Assembly (NCBI RefSeq): GCF_037126285.1
Contig: NZ_CP147012.1
Coordinates: forward strand, 3,180,676-3,244,675
Source of the DNA: Bernardetia sp. MNP-M8
GTDB lineage: Bacteria; Bacteroidota; Bacteroidia; Cytophagales; Bernardetiaceae
DNA length: 64,000 nt
Direction: 5' to 3'
Both the position numbers and the translations under genes were made by a program. How positions within the stretch are numbered: position 1 is the first letter of the stretch; every line of letters begins with the position of its first letter. Positions 9,762 to 22,833 of this stretch are shown here, one piece after another. Below the pieces are notes generated by a model, which did not search any database, had not been told where the DNA came from, and worked only from the letters and a program-made list of their open reading frames with translations.

Positions 9762-10248
9762 GATGAATTACGAATGGGTCACTTGTAGGGATACAAGCAA
9801 CAGATATTTTGTAAGAATAAATGAATAAGAAATTTTAAATTGAGATTTTTTATTTAAAAAATCTATTTTAAACCATTACTCGTGTCTACCACGAGTGATT
9901 TAGCTACTAAAAAATCAAGTAGGCAAAGGTACGACTTTTTCCACAACTTTCTGAAAAATAGAAGACTAGAAATTTATTTTTTTTCTCATAAAATAAATTT
10001 TTAAGGCTAAAATTCATTTCGGATGTTCGTTGTTTTTTATTTTTTTATTCTTGGAAAAACACAATGCTGTTTTACTTTTCATTTGGAACGGTTATTGAAT
10101 CTAGGAACAATAGTAACATTTAAATAAAATCCTGTCTTAGTACTTCGGTACGCTTTTAGTAACTATTTAATTAAAAGATAAATTAAAGACTAAAAACGAA
10201 TTCAAAATACATCGAAGTATTCAACAAAAACTTAATAATACCATCATA

Positions 10249-10896
10249 ATGAGAAAGATTTTTATAATTTTCATTGCTTTATTTTTTGCACATGTTGCAA
10301 CTAATTTTACTTATGCTCAAGATGCTCAAGCTCGTACACTTTTAGATGCAATGAGTAATAAGTATAAAAAATATAATTCATTTAGAGCTACTTTTACATC
10401 AAATTTAGCGAGTGAGTCTGAAAGCATTAATGAATCACTTACAGGAACAATTACTGTAAAAGGAAACAAATACCACCTTAAAACGCAAGGTCAAGAGATT
10501 TACAACGACCACAAAACAGTTTGGACATTTTTAGATGATGCCAACGAAGTAACTATTACAAGTTATGACGAAGCTGATGGTCTCAATCCAACTGATATTT
10601 TTGATATTTATAAAAAAGGATATAAATATGTAGTGGTAGAAGAAGTGAAAGTTGGTGGAAGAGCACACAAAGTAATTGATTTAGTTCCAGAAGATAAAAA
10701 CTTACAATTCTTTAAGGTTCGTTTGACTATTGATAAGGCAAATTATAGTCTTGCAAGCTGGAATATTTTTGAAAAAAATGGACGTGTTCATTCTTACAAA
10801 ATTGCTGATTTCCAACCTAATGTTTCGGTAACAGATGCTGATTTTCAGTTTAATAAAGCCAAACATCCAAATGTTGAAGAAGTAGACTTAAGATAG
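10249..10896 (+). CDS. LolA-like outer-membrane lipoprotein carrier/sorting protein
   Basis: Signal peptide, LLDAMSNKY...FRATFT..TGTITVKGNKYHLKT.... The size and beta-rich pattern fit the LolA family. Confidence 0.55.
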   Translation: MRKIFIIFIALFFAHVATNFTYAQDAQARTLLDAMSNKYKKYNSFRATFTSNLASESESINESLTGTITVKGNKYHLKTQGQEIYNDHKTVWTFLDDANEVTITSYDEADGLNPTDIFDIYKKGYKYVVVEEVKVGGRAHKVIDLVPEDKNLQFFKVRLTIDKANYSLASWNIFEKNGRVHSYKIADFQPNVSVTDADFQFNKAKHPNVEEVDLR

Positions 10897-11127
10897 ATAC
10901 TAGTTTGTTTCAAAACGGTTAAAGATATTAGATTTTCCCTATTTACTTTTATTATAAAGTAAGTAGGGAATTTTTTTTGAATAAGTTTAAATAAAAATGA
11001 ATTTTTTTTTCTATCAGATTAAACCTTCATTTTTACTTGGTATCTAACCTTACGAAAACGACTTAATCAAACTTCTTGATTGGGTTACTTAAATTAAATG
11101 TCACTAAACTTTTTTTATTTAAAAATT

Positions 11128-11571
11128 ATGAAAACTCAAAAAATCACTTTGAACATTATTGGCAAAATTGCTCTTTTATCACTTCTTTTCTTTTTTGTTG
11201 GAATGACTACAACTTTTGCTCAAAAACGAGGAAAACGTGACAATGATGCTACACCCACTGAAAAAGCAGAAAAACGCTCTCAAAAATGGAAAACTGAATT
11301 TGGATTGAATGATACACAAACTGCTCAACTCAAAACTGCTCTTATAACAAGAATTACAGCAACTGATGCAATAAAAAATGAGGGAAAAAGTCCTGAAAAA
11401 AGAGAGCAACGTAAAGCAATCATGACTGAGTTTGATACCCAAGTAAAAAGTATTTTTACAGATGCACAATATGCAGCTTACGAGAAAAAGAAAGCTGAGA
11501 AAAAAGATAAAATGAAAGAAAATAGAGGAAAGAGAGGGCAAGGAACAGATATGGACGATGACGGTTTTTAA
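11128..11571 (+). CDS. secreted Lys/Glu-rich hypothetical protein
   Basis: The ATG at 11128 gives MKTQKITLNIIGKIALLSLLFFFVGMTTTFAQ (signal peptide), followed by a low-complexity charged region. Confidence 0.45.
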   Translation: MKTQKITLNIIGKIALLSLLFFFVGMTTTFAQKRGKRDNDATPTEKAEKRSQKWKTEFGLNDTQTAQLKTALITRITATDAIKNEGKSPEKREQRKAIMTEFDTQVKSIFTDAQYAAYEKKKAEKKDKMKENRGKRGQGTDMDDDGF

Positions 11572-11580
11572 TGTAAATTC

Positions 11581-11680
11581 TGATGTTACTCAAAAGGCTG
11601 CTCTGTGTGCCACAGAGCAGGGTTGAAAAAAACTAAATCCGTGTTCTGTGGCACACAGAACACTAAACTGCGTAACATCA
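11581..11680. terminator. compound stem-loop element between convergent genes: two 10-bp hairpins inside a 9-bp outer stem, probably a bidirectional terminator or small structured element
   Basis: ctgctctgtg-tgc-cacagagcag (11598-11620) and gtgttctgtg-gca-cacagaacac (11641-11663) are enclosed by tgatgttac (11581-11589) and gtaacatca (11672-11680). Confidence 0.5.
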
Positions 11681-11768
11681 GTAAATTGTTATTTAAGACT
11701 ATCAAAGCAAAAACTTTAACTATTTATTCTCTAAGAATATTTAGTTAAAGTTTTTTTATGAGATTAGT

Positions 11769-12623
11769 TTATGTGTATAAAAATTCAATTTCTTTATTCT
11801 CAAAATAGCTAATTTTTCCATTTTGACCTGCTACCTCTAAGGCTAGTTTTCCTTCTGGGTTGATTCCCAAAATTTGTCCTGTAATTTTCTGATTTTTGAT
11901 TTTATCTTTATAATAATGCCATTCTTGATATCGAAAAAGATGAGAAAGATAATCAGCTCTAAGTATTTCTTTTTTTCCTGCCCTTAATTGCAAATAACGT
12001 TTTTCTATAAAAAATAGAATTTCAGTTAAAATATTTTCTTTATTCCATTCTTTTCCAGTTAGTTCCTGTAATGAAACAGCTCTATTGGTAGTGTCATTTT
12101 TATCAAAAATCTGATTGATATTAATTCCAATTCCTACAATACTTTGATTTATTGATTGTGAATTGATTTGATTTTCTATCAAAATCCCTCCAATTTTTTG
12201 GTCTTTGTATTCATTCCCAACTTGATGATTTATAAAAATATCATTTGTCCATTTTATCTGAAAAGAATCAGCAATATCTGGATAATTAGTTTTCATAACT
12301 TCCTCTAGCGCATCACGAACACCCAACGAAACAGCGATGGTAATCCAAAAAGATTCTTTTGGAGATAAAAAAGTAGGAGTAAGCAAAATAGAAAAAGTAA
12401 GATTTTGATTTTCTTGTGCTGTCCAACTATTTCCTCGTTGTCCTTTTCCTTGTGTTTGATGATTTGTCCAAAGAAGCGTTCCTTCAAAAAGTGTATTTTG
12501 TGCTTTTTTTTTCTGTTCGGTAGTATGAAAAGCCAAACTCTCGTTGGTAGACTGACAGCTTGGCAGATAAATTTGATTTTGTCCTATAAAAAGTCCCTTT
12601 GTATGAATTTTGTAATTGCTCAT
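11769..12623 (-). CDS. birA: biotin--[acetyl-CoA-carboxylase] ligase
   Basis: GTLLWTNHQTQGKGQRGNSWTAQENQNLTFSILLTP matches the BirA biotin-binding loop (GRGRRGR.W) and the following motif. Confidence 0.8.
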   Translation of the reverse strand: MSNYKIHTKGLFIGQNQIYLPSCQSTNESLAFHTTEQKKKAQNTLFEGTLLWTNHQTQGKGQRGNSWTAQENQNLTFSILLTPTFLSPKESFWITIAVSLGVRDALEEVMKTNYPDIADSFQIKWTNDIFINHQVGNEYKDQKIGGILIENQINSQSINQSIVGIGININQIFDKNDTTNRAVSLQELTGKEWNKENILTEILFFIEKRYLQLRAGKKEILRADYLSHLFRYQEWHYYKDKIKNQKITGQILGINPEGKLALEVAGQNGKISYFENKEIEFLYT

Positions 12624-12876
12624 TGTAAATGAATATTTTGACTATAATTTACTTATTAATACTGTATCTTTGTAGTTAAACTTTTGGCTACAGTATAGTT
12701 TTTAGATACTATAAATTTGATTTTATCTCAAAATTGGAACAAAATCTTTATCCTACTTGTAATTCAAGAGTGCAAATTCGTTAATAAGTAAAAATAAATA
12801 AAATCAAAATTATGAAAGCTGCTTAAAAAATAATCGCTTTCCTCTAATTTTTGAATAAAAATACTAAATCTATACT

Positions 12877-13251
12877 ATGACTCAAAAACAGTCTGTTACT
12901 TCACAAATGCTTTCTCAAGCTGTAGTGGCTGGTCTTCAAGACCGAAAAGGAAAATCAATTACTCTTCTTGACCTTCGTGATGTCAAAAATTCTATTGCAG
13001 ATTATTTTATTATCTGTACTGGAACTTCTGATACGCACGTAGATGCATTAAAAAGCTCGGTAGAAGTAGAAACCTACAAACAATATAAACAAGACCCTTG
13101 GCACGTAGAAGGTAGAGAAAATCGTCAATGGATTTTGATGGATTATGTAGATGTTGTAGTTCATATTTTTCAAGCTGAAAAAAGAGATCGATTTGGCTTA
13201 GAAGAACTTTGGGGAGATGCAAAAATTACTCAAATTCCTGATTTGGATTAG
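12877..13251 (+). CDS. rsfS: ribosome silencing factor RsfS (Iojap-like)
   Basis: DYFIICTGTSDTHVDAL....WILMDYVDVVVHIF is the RsfS signature, and the length of about 120 aa fits. Confidence 0.85.
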   Translation: MTQKQSVTSQMLSQAVVAGLQDRKGKSITLLDLRDVKNSIADYFIICTGTSDTHVDALKSSVEVETYKQYKQDPWHVEGRENRQWILMDYVDVVVHIFQAEKRDRFGLEELWGDAKITQIPDLD

Positions 13252-13484
13252 AACAGAATAGATATAAAAAATGGTAAAAATCAGAACAGAATTTTGAATA
13301 ATTCTGTTTTGTGCTTTTTTTGATAAAATGATTACAAACAATAGAACTAACTTTTCGTTTACATAACCGATAATTTAGATTCATAGTTGAATACAATTAG
13401 AAACCGAAATATAAAATAGATTTAGTATTTAGTTCATTCTAAAACAAATCCTATAAATTATACTACTTATATACTTTTTTATAA

Positions 13485-15530
13485 ATGGCGACAGAAAAAG
13501 ATACTAAAACAGAAAAAGACACCAAGGGAACAAAGAATACCAAAAACACGAAGAATCCAATTCGTAATAATATACCAAAAGGTACAGGAGGCAACTATCA
13601 AATTTGGTTGTCTGGTCTTCTGATTGCACTGATTTTGGGAGCATGGTATCTCAATCAAAGTACCACTATCAAAACTTATGAACAAGATTTTGATAAAATG
13701 GCTCGTGCTGGAGATATTGAAAGTGTAAAACTCATTACAAATAAAAATATTGTAGAGCTTACACTTACAGAAGAAGCTCTTAAAAAAGATAAATATGCAA
13801 ATGAGCTAAAACAAAAAAATCCTTTTGGCGCAATTATCGAAAAACCACCTCATTATTTTTTAAATATTACAAGTGGTGAGAGTTTTAAAGAAGATTTTGA
13901 TAAACTTCAAGCTGATTTGCCTGCTGATAAACGTATAAAATATGATGTAGGACAAGAAGCTGATTTTAGTGGAGTAATCTTCACTTGGGGATTCTTGATT
14001 CTTATTTTGGTAGCTTTTTGGTTTTTGATGCGTAGAATGACAGGTGGAGGAGCTGGTGGACAGATATTTAATATCGGAAAAGCTAAAGTTTCTTTATTTG
14101 ATACAGAAAATAAAGTAAAAATTACTTTTGAAGATGTTGCAGGATTAGATGAAGCCAAACAAGAAGTAGAAGAAGTAGTAGATTTCCTTCGTCAGCCAAC
14201 AAAATACACAGAATTAGGTGGAAAGATTCCTAAAGGTGTTCTATTAGTAGGCCCTCCAGGTACGGGTAAAACATTACTAGCGAAAGCTGTTGCTGGTGAA
14301 GCTGGCGTTCCGTTTTTCTCGCTTTCAGGTTCTGATTTTGTAGAAATGTTTGTAGGTGTTGGGGCTGCTCGTGTACGTGATTTGTTCAAACAAGCAAAAG
14401 AAAAAGCTCCTTGTATTATCTTTATTGATGAAATTGATGCAATTGGTCGTTCTCGTGGTGGTGGAAAGCAACCTGGTTCGAATGATGAGCGTGAAAATAC
14501 ATTGAACTCTCTTTTAGTGGAAATGGATGGTTTTTCTACCGATGCAGGTGTAATTATCTTAGGAGCTACCAATCGTCCAGATGTTTTGGATAGTGCTTTG
14601 ATGCGCCCAGGTCGTTTTGATAGACAAATTAGTATTGATAAGCCAGATATTAAAGGAAGAGAAGCGATTTTTAAAGTTCATTTAGAGCCTTTGAAAACTG
14701 CTCCTGAAATAGATGCGAAAAAATTAGCTGCCCAAACCCCTGGTTTTGCAGGTGCAGAAATTGCAAATGTTTGTAACGAAGCTGCTTTGATTGCTGCTCG
14801 TGAAAACAAAAAAGAAATTGGAATGATTGACTTTGAAAGTGCCATTGATAGAGTTATTGGTGGGCTAGAAAAGAAAAACAAAATCATTTCTCCAGAAGAA
14901 AAGAAAATTGTTGCTTACCATGAAGCAGGACATGCTGTGGCTGGTTGGTTCTTAGAGCATGCAGACCCATTGGTTAAAGTTTCTATTGTTCCTCGTGGAA
15001 TTGCAGCTTTAGGATATGCACAGTATTTACCAAAAGAACAGTTTTTATATACTGTCGAACAGCTTACTGATGAAATGTGTATGGCTTTAGGTGGGCGTGC
15101 AGCCGAAGAGCTTACTTTTGGTAAAATCTCAACAGGTGCATTATCTGACCTTGAAAGAATTACAAAAATGGCATATAGTATGGTTTCTGTCTATGGAATG
15201 AATCCAAAAATTGGTAATGTTTCATTTTATGATGCACAGCGTTCAGAGTTTTCAGGAAAACCTTACTCTGATGCAACAGCCCAAATTATTGATGAAGAAG
15301 TAAAAGAAATGGTAGAAAGAGCATATATTTTTACCAAAGAATTACTTTCAAAGCATAGAAATCATTTAGAATTAATTGCAAAAGAACTTTTGGAAAAAGA
15401 AGTATTATTTCAAAGTGATTTGGAAAAATTGATTGGCAAACGTCCGTTTGATAAACCAACAAATTATGAAAAACACACGAAAAATGGATTTGATGATGTT
15501 TTAGAGGGTAATTTAGACCCTTTGACATAA
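13485..15530 (+). CDS. ftsH: ATP-dependent zinc metalloprotease FtsH
   Basis: Two N-terminal TM segments, Walker A GPPGTGKTLLAKAVAGEAGVPFF, SRH region, and HEAGHAV zinc site. Confidence 0.95.
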   Translation: MATEKDTKTEKDTKGTKNTKNTKNPIRNNIPKGTGGNYQIWLSGLLIALILGAWYLNQSTTIKTYEQDFDKMARAGDIESVKLITNKNIVELTLTEEALKKDKYANELKQKNPFGAIIEKPPHYFLNITSGESFKEDFDKLQADLPADKRIKYDVGQEADFSGVIFTWGFLILILVAFWFLMRRMTGGGAGGQIFNIGKAKVSLFDTENKVKITFEDVAGLDEAKQEVEEVVDFLRQPTKYTELGGKIPKGVLLVGPPGTGKTLLAKAVAGEAGVPFFSLSGSDFVEMFVGVGAARVRDLFKQAKEKAPCIIFIDEIDAIGRSRGGGKQPGSNDERENTLNSLLVEMDGFSTDAGVIILGATNRPDVLDSALMRPGRFDRQISIDKPDIKGREAIFKVHLEPLKTAPEIDAKKLAAQTPGFAGAEIANVCNEAALIAARENKKEIGMIDFESAIDRVIGGLEKKNKIISPEEKKIVAYHEAGHAVAGWFLEHADPLVKVSIVPRGIAALGYAQYLPKEQFLYTVEQLTDEMCMALGGRAAEELTFGKISTGALSDLERITKMAYSMVSVYGMNPKIGNVSFYDAQRSEFSGKPYSDATAQIIDEEVKEMVERAYIFTKELLSKHRNHLELIAKELLEKEVLFQSDLEKLIGKRPFDKPTNYEKHTKNGFDDVLEGNLDPLT

Positions 15531-15563
15531 TTAATATTGAATCTTAAATCAGTTTTTTATACA

Positions 15564-15604
15564 AAAAAGCCTTTACTAATTCGTTTTAGTGAAGGCTTTT
15601 TTTG
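15564..15604 (+). terminator. rho-independent terminator after ftsH
   Basis: aaagcctttactaattcgttttagtgaaggcttttttt is a stem followed by a T-run. Confidence 0.6.
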
Positions 15605-15714
15605 AGTTCAAGAAAAAAGAATAGGTAAGCAATAATTTGAATTTATGGATTTTCTGAACTTATGACATCTAGTGAGTAAGTTAATTTAATCTCAACTTAA
15701 TAATTCTTACAAAA

Positions 15715-16461
15715 ATGAGTCGAAAAAAAAACTATTTATTCTGTTTTCTGCGTTGGAGTTTCAAAATGATTCTCTTTAGCATTTCTTTTTATCTACTCTT
15801 TGTGCTTATTGGAGGTTATATTTGGACTGTCAAACCAAAAGCATCAAACTCTAATTTAGAAAACAATGAGATAGAGATTTATGTGACCTCAAATGGATTA
15901 CATACTGATATTGTTATTCCTATTCAAATTGAAACTGATTTTTTCAAAGTTCTCAGTCAAGATTCTATCCTTAATTCTTATTTAGGAAAAACTAATTCTT
16001 ATAAATGGCTTTCTGTTGGTTGGGGAGATAAAGGTTTTTATAATGAATCTTATAATGGAGGTTTTCCCTCTGTTTCTGCGTGTTTGAATGCTGCTTTTGT
16101 TCCCTCTGAAACACTTATGCACTTAGATTTTTATAAAAATAACCTATTAGAAAATGAAAACTGTAAGAAAATAAAGTTAAAAAAAGAGGAATATCAGAAG
16201 TTATTGCAACATATTACAATGAGTTTCCGAACTGTAAGAGAAGATTCCGAAAGTAAAGTGCAGCATATAACTAATCAGACAAAATTTATTCGGTTACCAC
16301 AAAAAGGATATTCTAATTCTGACTATTTTTTTGAAGCAAAAGGTAATTATCATTTATTCTATACTTGCAATAGTTGGACAAATGAAGGCTTGCAAAAAGC
16401 AAATCAAAAAACAGCTCACTTTTCTCCCTTTGCACAAACAATTCTATATCATTTGAATTAA
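15715..16461 (+). CDS. conserved hypothetical membrane-anchored protein (TIGR02117/DUF2459-like)
   Basis: N-terminal TM, then IEIYVTSNGLHTDIVIP and WLSVGWGDKGFY blocks that I recall as DUF2459. The real start is possibly at the internal Met (MILFSIS..). Confidence 0.45.
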   Translation: MSRKKNYLFCFLRWSFKMILFSISFYLLFVLIGGYIWTVKPKASNSNLENNEIEIYVTSNGLHTDIVIPIQIETDFFKVLSQDSILNSYLGKTNSYKWLSVGWGDKGFYNESYNGGFPSVSACLNAAFVPSETLMHLDFYKNNLLENENCKKIKLKKEEYQKLLQHITMSFRTVREDSESKVQHITNQTKFIRLPQKGYSNSDYFFEAKGNYHLFYTCNSWTNEGLQKANQKTAHFSPFAQTILYHLN

Positions 16462-16636
16462 AAATATAAAAATCTAACATAAATCTACAACCAACCTAAC
16501 AAAAGGATATAAAAATCTATTATCTTAGTAGAATAAATTGACTAAAAAAATACTTTCAACATAATTATTGATTCAAAATTTTTTACTTAGAATGAAATTT
16601 TTGGTTAAATAAAAAGAAACACTAACTAAATAAGCT

Positions 16637-17353
16637 ATGAGCCAAATTGCAAATTTTACAAAAACTTCAATTAAAAACTCGATTCTAAAATATGGAATTA
16701 CTTTTCTAATTGTATTTATTTCTACTACTTATTTTTCATCTTTTTCCTTTGGACAAGGAGAGAATCAAATGGTTCGTTTTTCAGGAATTGTAGTGGAGGG
16801 CGATAGTTTGTATGGTGTTTCGGGCGTGCATATTTATATTCCTAGAGCAGGACGAGGAAGTGTAACAAATGCGCTAGGTTATTTTTCGATGCCAGCTATG
16901 GAAGGCGATACTGTTATGGTAAGTGCAGTAGGCTATAAAAGTTCAAAAATAGTGATTCCTAAGCGAGGAGAACCTTTATATTCTGTTGTGATAGATTTGA
17001 AAGAAAATATTCAGATGTTAAATGAAATTGTTGTTTTGCCATATAAAAATTCGACAGAGTTTAAAGACATGGTTTTGGCAATGGATACCTCTGACCCACT
17101 TATAGAACAAATGAAAGAAAATTTGGATAGTGAAAGGCTTAATCAAATGGCTGCAAATATGCCAATGAATGCTAATTCGAATTATAGATATTTGATGCAA
17201 CAAAATCTCAATTCAAGAAATAATAAGTTTTTTGCGCCTTCTATTCCTCTTCTAAATCCGTTTGCTTGGTCGAAGTTTATTGAATCAATTAGAAACAAAG
17301 ATTATAAAAAACCACTAAGGACAACAACAGGTGGAAGTAGTGGAGGAAATTAA
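16637..17353 (+). CDS. carboxypeptidase-regulatory-like (CarbopepD_reg) domain protein
   Basis: N-terminal TM, then VRFSGIVVEGDSLYGVSGVHIYIP...GSVTNALGYFSM..GDTVMVSAVGYKS, typical of the Bacteroidetes CarboxypepD_reg-like fold. Confidence 0.5.
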   Translation: MSQIANFTKTSIKNSILKYGITFLIVFISTTYFSSFSFGQGENQMVRFSGIVVEGDSLYGVSGVHIYIPRAGRGSVTNALGYFSMPAMEGDTVMVSAVGYKSSKIVIPKRGEPLYSVVIDLKENIQMLNEIVVLPYKNSTEFKDMVLAMDTSDPLIEQMKENLDSERLNQMAANMPMNANSNYRYLMQQNLNSRNNKFFAPSIPLLNPFAWSKFIESIRNKDYKKPLRTTTGGSSGGN

Positions 17354-17514
17354 TTTCCTCCAAACTTATAAAAAACTCTTTCTCAAAACTAATCAAAACT
17401 AAAAAGACAGTTTGGGAAAGAGTTTTTTTATGCGCTCATCAGTAAGGTAAGATAGATAAGTATAGTTCTAATTTGATTGATGTTAAATCTAGTCTTTTCT
17501 AGTCTTTATCTTCT

Positions 17515-18639
17515 CTATTCTTTCTCTTCATTTTTATTTTCTGTTTCTTCTTTAATCTTATTTTCTTCAGCTTCTATTTCTTTGTCTGGTTCTGCTTTTT
17601 GTGGTTCATTTATTATTTTTGCTTCTTCCTGTTTTTCCTTGTCTTGTAGTTCTAAATCTTTAGCTATGCTTTCTCGCCATACTCTACGCCTTCTGACAGC
17701 TATTTTTCGTGCTTTTTCTATGCTTACATTTATCTCAAAACCAAAAAGAATAACTAAAGAAATAACAAAGAGCCAAAACATAAATCCTACGAAAGTTCCA
17801 ATCGAACCATACAATCTATTATAAGTATTAAAGTAATTTATATAATACGAAAATCCTACTGAAACAGCAACACACGAAAAAGAAGCCAAAATTGCACCTA
17901 CACCATACGTACGCCAAGGAATTTTAAGAGCTGGTGCAAAACGATACAACATAGAAAGGGTAAGAAGAATAATTAAAAAGGCAACAATATATCTCAGAAT
18001 TTGAATGCTGTAATAGAGTCCATCTTGACTCATAAGGTCATGAAAAATCAAGAAATTGAGTAGGTATTCACCTACAATAATTAAGACAATGGTAAGCAAT
18101 AAAAGAACTGTAAAAATAAGTGTTAAGCTAAGAGCTGTAATTCTTTTTTTGATAAAATTTCGCTTATCAATAATTCGCTGTGAACGGCTAAAAGCATCCA
18201 TAAAACCAATTGTTCCACTTGTTGCAGCAAAAAGTGCAGCCACAAAACCAAAAGATAAAAGTCCTCCTCGCTGTTTGCTGACAATATCATAAATGGTTGT
18301 GTCTATAAAAGCGTAAATCCCATTAGGAACAATGGCATTGAGTTCTGTAAAGATACGTTCTTCTAAATCTGGAATTTGTAAATAAGGAATAAGAGTAAAC
18401 AAAAAGATTACAAATGGAAAAATAGCTAAAGTAAGATTAAAAGCAATCCCACTGGCACGGTCAGGAACGGCATCTTTTTGTATCTTAGAAAAAAAAATTC
18501 CTAAAATTAAATACAAATTAAATTCTGGGTTTTTCCTAAAATGAACATTCCCCAAAAAACGCTCAAAACCCTCTATTCGTCTGTGATTACGGATTCGATG
18601 AGAAGTTTTTTTGAGTCGTTCTCTAATTTTTTTACGCAT
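17515..18639 (-). CDS. YihY/BrkB family inner-membrane protein with charged low-complexity termini
   Basis: GIAFNLTLAIFPFVIFLFTLIPY plus six predicted TM helices, with a characteristic YihY layout. Confidence 0.7.
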   Translation of the reverse strand: MRKKIRERLKKTSHRIRNHRRIEGFERFLGNVHFRKNPEFNLYLILGIFFSKIQKDAVPDRASGIAFNLTLAIFPFVIFLFTLIPYLQIPDLEERIFTELNAIVPNGIYAFIDTTIYDIVSKQRGGLLSFGFVAALFAATSGTIGFMDAFSRSQRIIDKRNFIKKRITALSLTLIFTVLLLLTIVLIIVGEYLLNFLIFHDLMSQDGLYYSIQILRYIVAFLIILLTLSMLYRFAPALKIPWRTYGVGAILASFSCVAVSVGFSYYINYFNTYNRLYGSIGTFVGFMFWLFVISLVILFGFEINVSIEKARKIAVRRRRVWRESIAKDLELQDKEKQEEAKIINEPQKAEPDKEIEAEENKIKEETENKNEEKE

Positions 18640-19052
18640 AAATTCAAATTGGTTTAGCTAACAAACATAAATTAGCTAATAAAGTCTTTTAGTGAGTATG
18701 TGTTATCTATTTTAAAGCTGTTTTAAGAAGATAATTTTTCTATAAAGTTAGCTTGTAAAAATCTATTTTATAGAAAAATAATATAGTATTTGTTATGTTT
18801 GAGTGTGGCAATACCAATAAAAATAGTGCATCTATTAAGTGCATCTATTATTTATTCTTAAGTTACTTCTACTTCTTCAACTTTTAAGAAAAGCAAATAG
18901 TTTTAGTTTCAATTTAATCAAAAATCTAGTTAGAAAACGATTTATCTAAATAATTATTCAGATTTTTTAAATCTAAAACACTTACTTCTATCTTTTTCTG
19001 CTACATTTTTATAAATAATACTAAGCTAACTTAAAGATAGAGATAGATTTAG

Positions 19053-20450
<1,398 letters not shown>

Positions 20451-20493
20451 AAAATAGAGAATAATCAATAGGAGAAATATCAACTATAAAAAA

Positions 20494-20528
20494 ACCTTTT
20501 ACTCTCCTAAAGTAAAAGGTTTTTTGCT
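20494..20528. terminator. bidirectional terminator between eno and hppA
   Basis: aaaaaccttttactctcctaaagtaaaaggtttttt forms an 11-bp stem. Confidence 0.6.
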
Positions 20529-20580
20529 GAAAAGTCATACATCAAAAGCTTATCTCAGACTATTTCTAAACTATTTTAAA

Positions 20581-22833
20581 CTATTTCTTAAAATCAGAAA
20601 TAATAATTTTACTAGTATTAGAATTAAAAGCTAAATCAGATTTCTTTTGACTATTCTCTACTTGAATAATTTTTGGAACAGGAATTTCTAATTCTGAATG
20701 ATTTCCTTCATTTACGCTAATGTGAGGAGCAATAATCAAAGAAACAATAGACATAAGTTTAATCAAAATATTCATTGAAGGACCAGAAGTATCTTTGAAA
20801 GGATCACCTACTGTATCACCTGTAACGGCAGCTTTGTGAGGTTCAGAACCTTTGTAATACATTTTACCATCAATTTCAACTCCTTTTTCAAAAGATTTTT
20901 TAGCATTATCCCAAGCTCCACCAGCATTTGACTGAAACATTGCCATTAAAACTCCTGACGAAGTAACACCTGCTAAAAGTCCACCTAAAATTTCGGCAGA
21001 ACTCACATTTGCAAAAACGCCTTTAAATCCGAAACCGATAACAATAGGAACAATAATCGCAATCGCCCCTGGTAACATCATTTCACGAATGGCAGCCTTT
21101 GTAGAAATCTGAACACAACGGTCGTAATCAGGTGTTCCTGTTCCGTCCATAATTCCTTTAATTTCTCTAAATTGACGACGAACCTCCTTAACCATTTCCA
21201 TAGCTGCACGACCTACGGCAGAAATTGCCAACGCCGAAAACACAAAAGGAATCATCGCTCCTACTAAAAGTCCAGCCAAAACAGGAGCTTTATAGAGGTC
21301 AATCGCACTAATTCCAGAAATACCAACAAAGGCAGCAAAAAGAGCAAGTGAAGTAAGGGCGGCTGAAGCAATAGCAAATCCTTTTCCTACGGCAGCCGTA
21401 GTGTTTCCTGCTGCATCTAAAATATCTGTACGCTCACGCACTTCGGGAGCTAAATGACTCATTTCTGCAATTCCACCCGCATTATCAGCCACAGGACCAA
21501 ATGCATCAACGGCAAGCTGCATTCCTGTTGTTGCCATCATTCCTGCTGCTGCCATAGCAACACCATAAAACCCAGCTACTGCATAAGCTCCTACAATTCC
21601 ACCAGCCAAAACTAATGTTGGAAGTGTTGTAGAGTGCATTCCGACAGCCAAACCTGCAATAATATTTGTTGCTCCCCCTGTTGCAGATTGTTTAATAATA
21701 GAGTTTACAGGACCTTTTCCCATTGAACAAAAATATTCTGTAATATAAGACATGGCTGCTCCTACGGCAAGACCAATTGCAATTGCCCAAAAAACGCCCA
21801 TTGAAGAGAATGCAAAACCTCTAAAATTCATCGTTTGAGGAAGCATCCAAGTTACCAAGAAATAAGAAGCAATCAGAGTAAGCAGAATTGCAGCCCAGTT
21901 TCCAATATTTAGAGCTGTTTGTACATTTCCACCTTCTTTTACACGAACAAATGCAGCACCAACCATAGAAAAAATTGCTCCCAAGCCTGCTATCATCATA
22001 GGTAAAAGAATTGGAGAAAGTCCATTGAACTCATCAAAAACTTTAATTTCTCTACCCAAAATCATGGCAGCCAAAATAGTAGCTACATACGAACCAAAAA
22101 GGTCTGCACCCATTCCTGCTACATCTCCTACATTATCACCTACGTTATCAGCAATTGTGGCAGGGTTACGAGGGTCATCTTCAGGAATTCCTGCTTCTAC
22201 TTTTCCTACAAGATCAGCTCCTACATCGGCAGCTTTTGTATAAATTCCTCCTCCTACACGAGCAAAAAGAGCAATACTTTCAGCTCCTAAAGAAAATCCT
22301 GTCAAGACTTCAAGAGCCATTTCCATTTCTAAGCCATTTACTCCTACGCCTACACGCTGCACAAAATACCAGTAAAAAGCAATAAAAAGAGAGCCTACTC
22401 CCAAAATAGCCAAACCAGCAACGCCCATTCCCATAACTGCACCACCTGCAAAAGAAACATCTAAGGCTTTAGAAAGACTTGTTTTTGCAGCTTCTGCTGT
22501 TCTTACATTCGCTTTTGTAGCGATACGCATTCCGATAAAACCAGCTAATGCAGAAAAAAAAGCACCAATAATAAATGAACCTACAATAGCAGGATGTGAA
22601 TTAGCATTTGTCATTCCTAAGAAAAACAAACCCAAACAAGCAATGACTACAAAACCAGCCATAACTTTGTACTCAGCCTTTAAGAATGACATTGCACCTT
22701 CGGCAATGTAGCGAGCAATTGTGGTCATTCTTTCGTCGCCAGCAGGCTGTTTGCTGACCCAAGCCGAACGAATGGCTGTATAAATAAGCGCAAGAACCCC
22801 AAAAAGAGGTACTAGATAAATGATATTTTCCAT
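20581..22833 (-). CDS. hppA: membrane-bound proton/sodium-translocating pyrophosphatase
   Basis: 16-TM protein with [32 protein letters not shown] and EYFC motifs. Confidence 0.95.
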   Translation of the reverse strand: MENIIYLVPLFGVLALIYTAIRSAWVSKQPAGDERMTTIARYIAEGAMSFLKAEYKVMAGFVVIACLGLFFLGMTNANSHPAIVGSFIIGAFFSALAGFIGMRIATKANVRTAEAAKTSLSKALDVSFAGGAVMGMGVAGLAILGVGSLFIAFYWYFVQRVGVGVNGLEMEMALEVLTGFSLGAESIALFARVGGGIYTKAADVGADLVGKVEAGIPEDDPRNPATIADNVGDNVGDVAGMGADLFGSYVATILAAMILGREIKVFDEFNGLSPILLPMMIAGLGAIFSMVGAAFVRVKEGGNVQTALNIGNWAAILLTLIASYFLVTWMLPQTMNFRGFAFSSMGVFWAIAIGLAVGAAMSYITEYFCSMGKGPVNSIIKQSATGGATNIIAGLAVGMHSTTLPTLVLAGGIVGAYAVAGFYGVAMAAAGMMATTGMQLAVDAFGPVADNAGGIAEMSHLAPEVRERTDILDAAGNTTAAVGKGFAIASAALTSLALFAAFVGISGISAIDLYKAPVLAGLLVGAMIPFVFSALAISAVGRAAMEMVKEVRRQFREIKGIMDGTGTPDYDRCVQISTKAAIREMMLPGAIAIIVPIVIGFGFKGVFANVSSAEILGGLLAGVTSSGVLMAMFQSNAGGAWDNAKKSFEKGVEIDGKMYYKGSEPHKAAVTGDTVGDPFKDTSGPSMNILIKLMSIVSLIIAPHISVNEGNHSELEIPVPKIIQVENSQKKSDLAFNSNTSKIIISDFKK

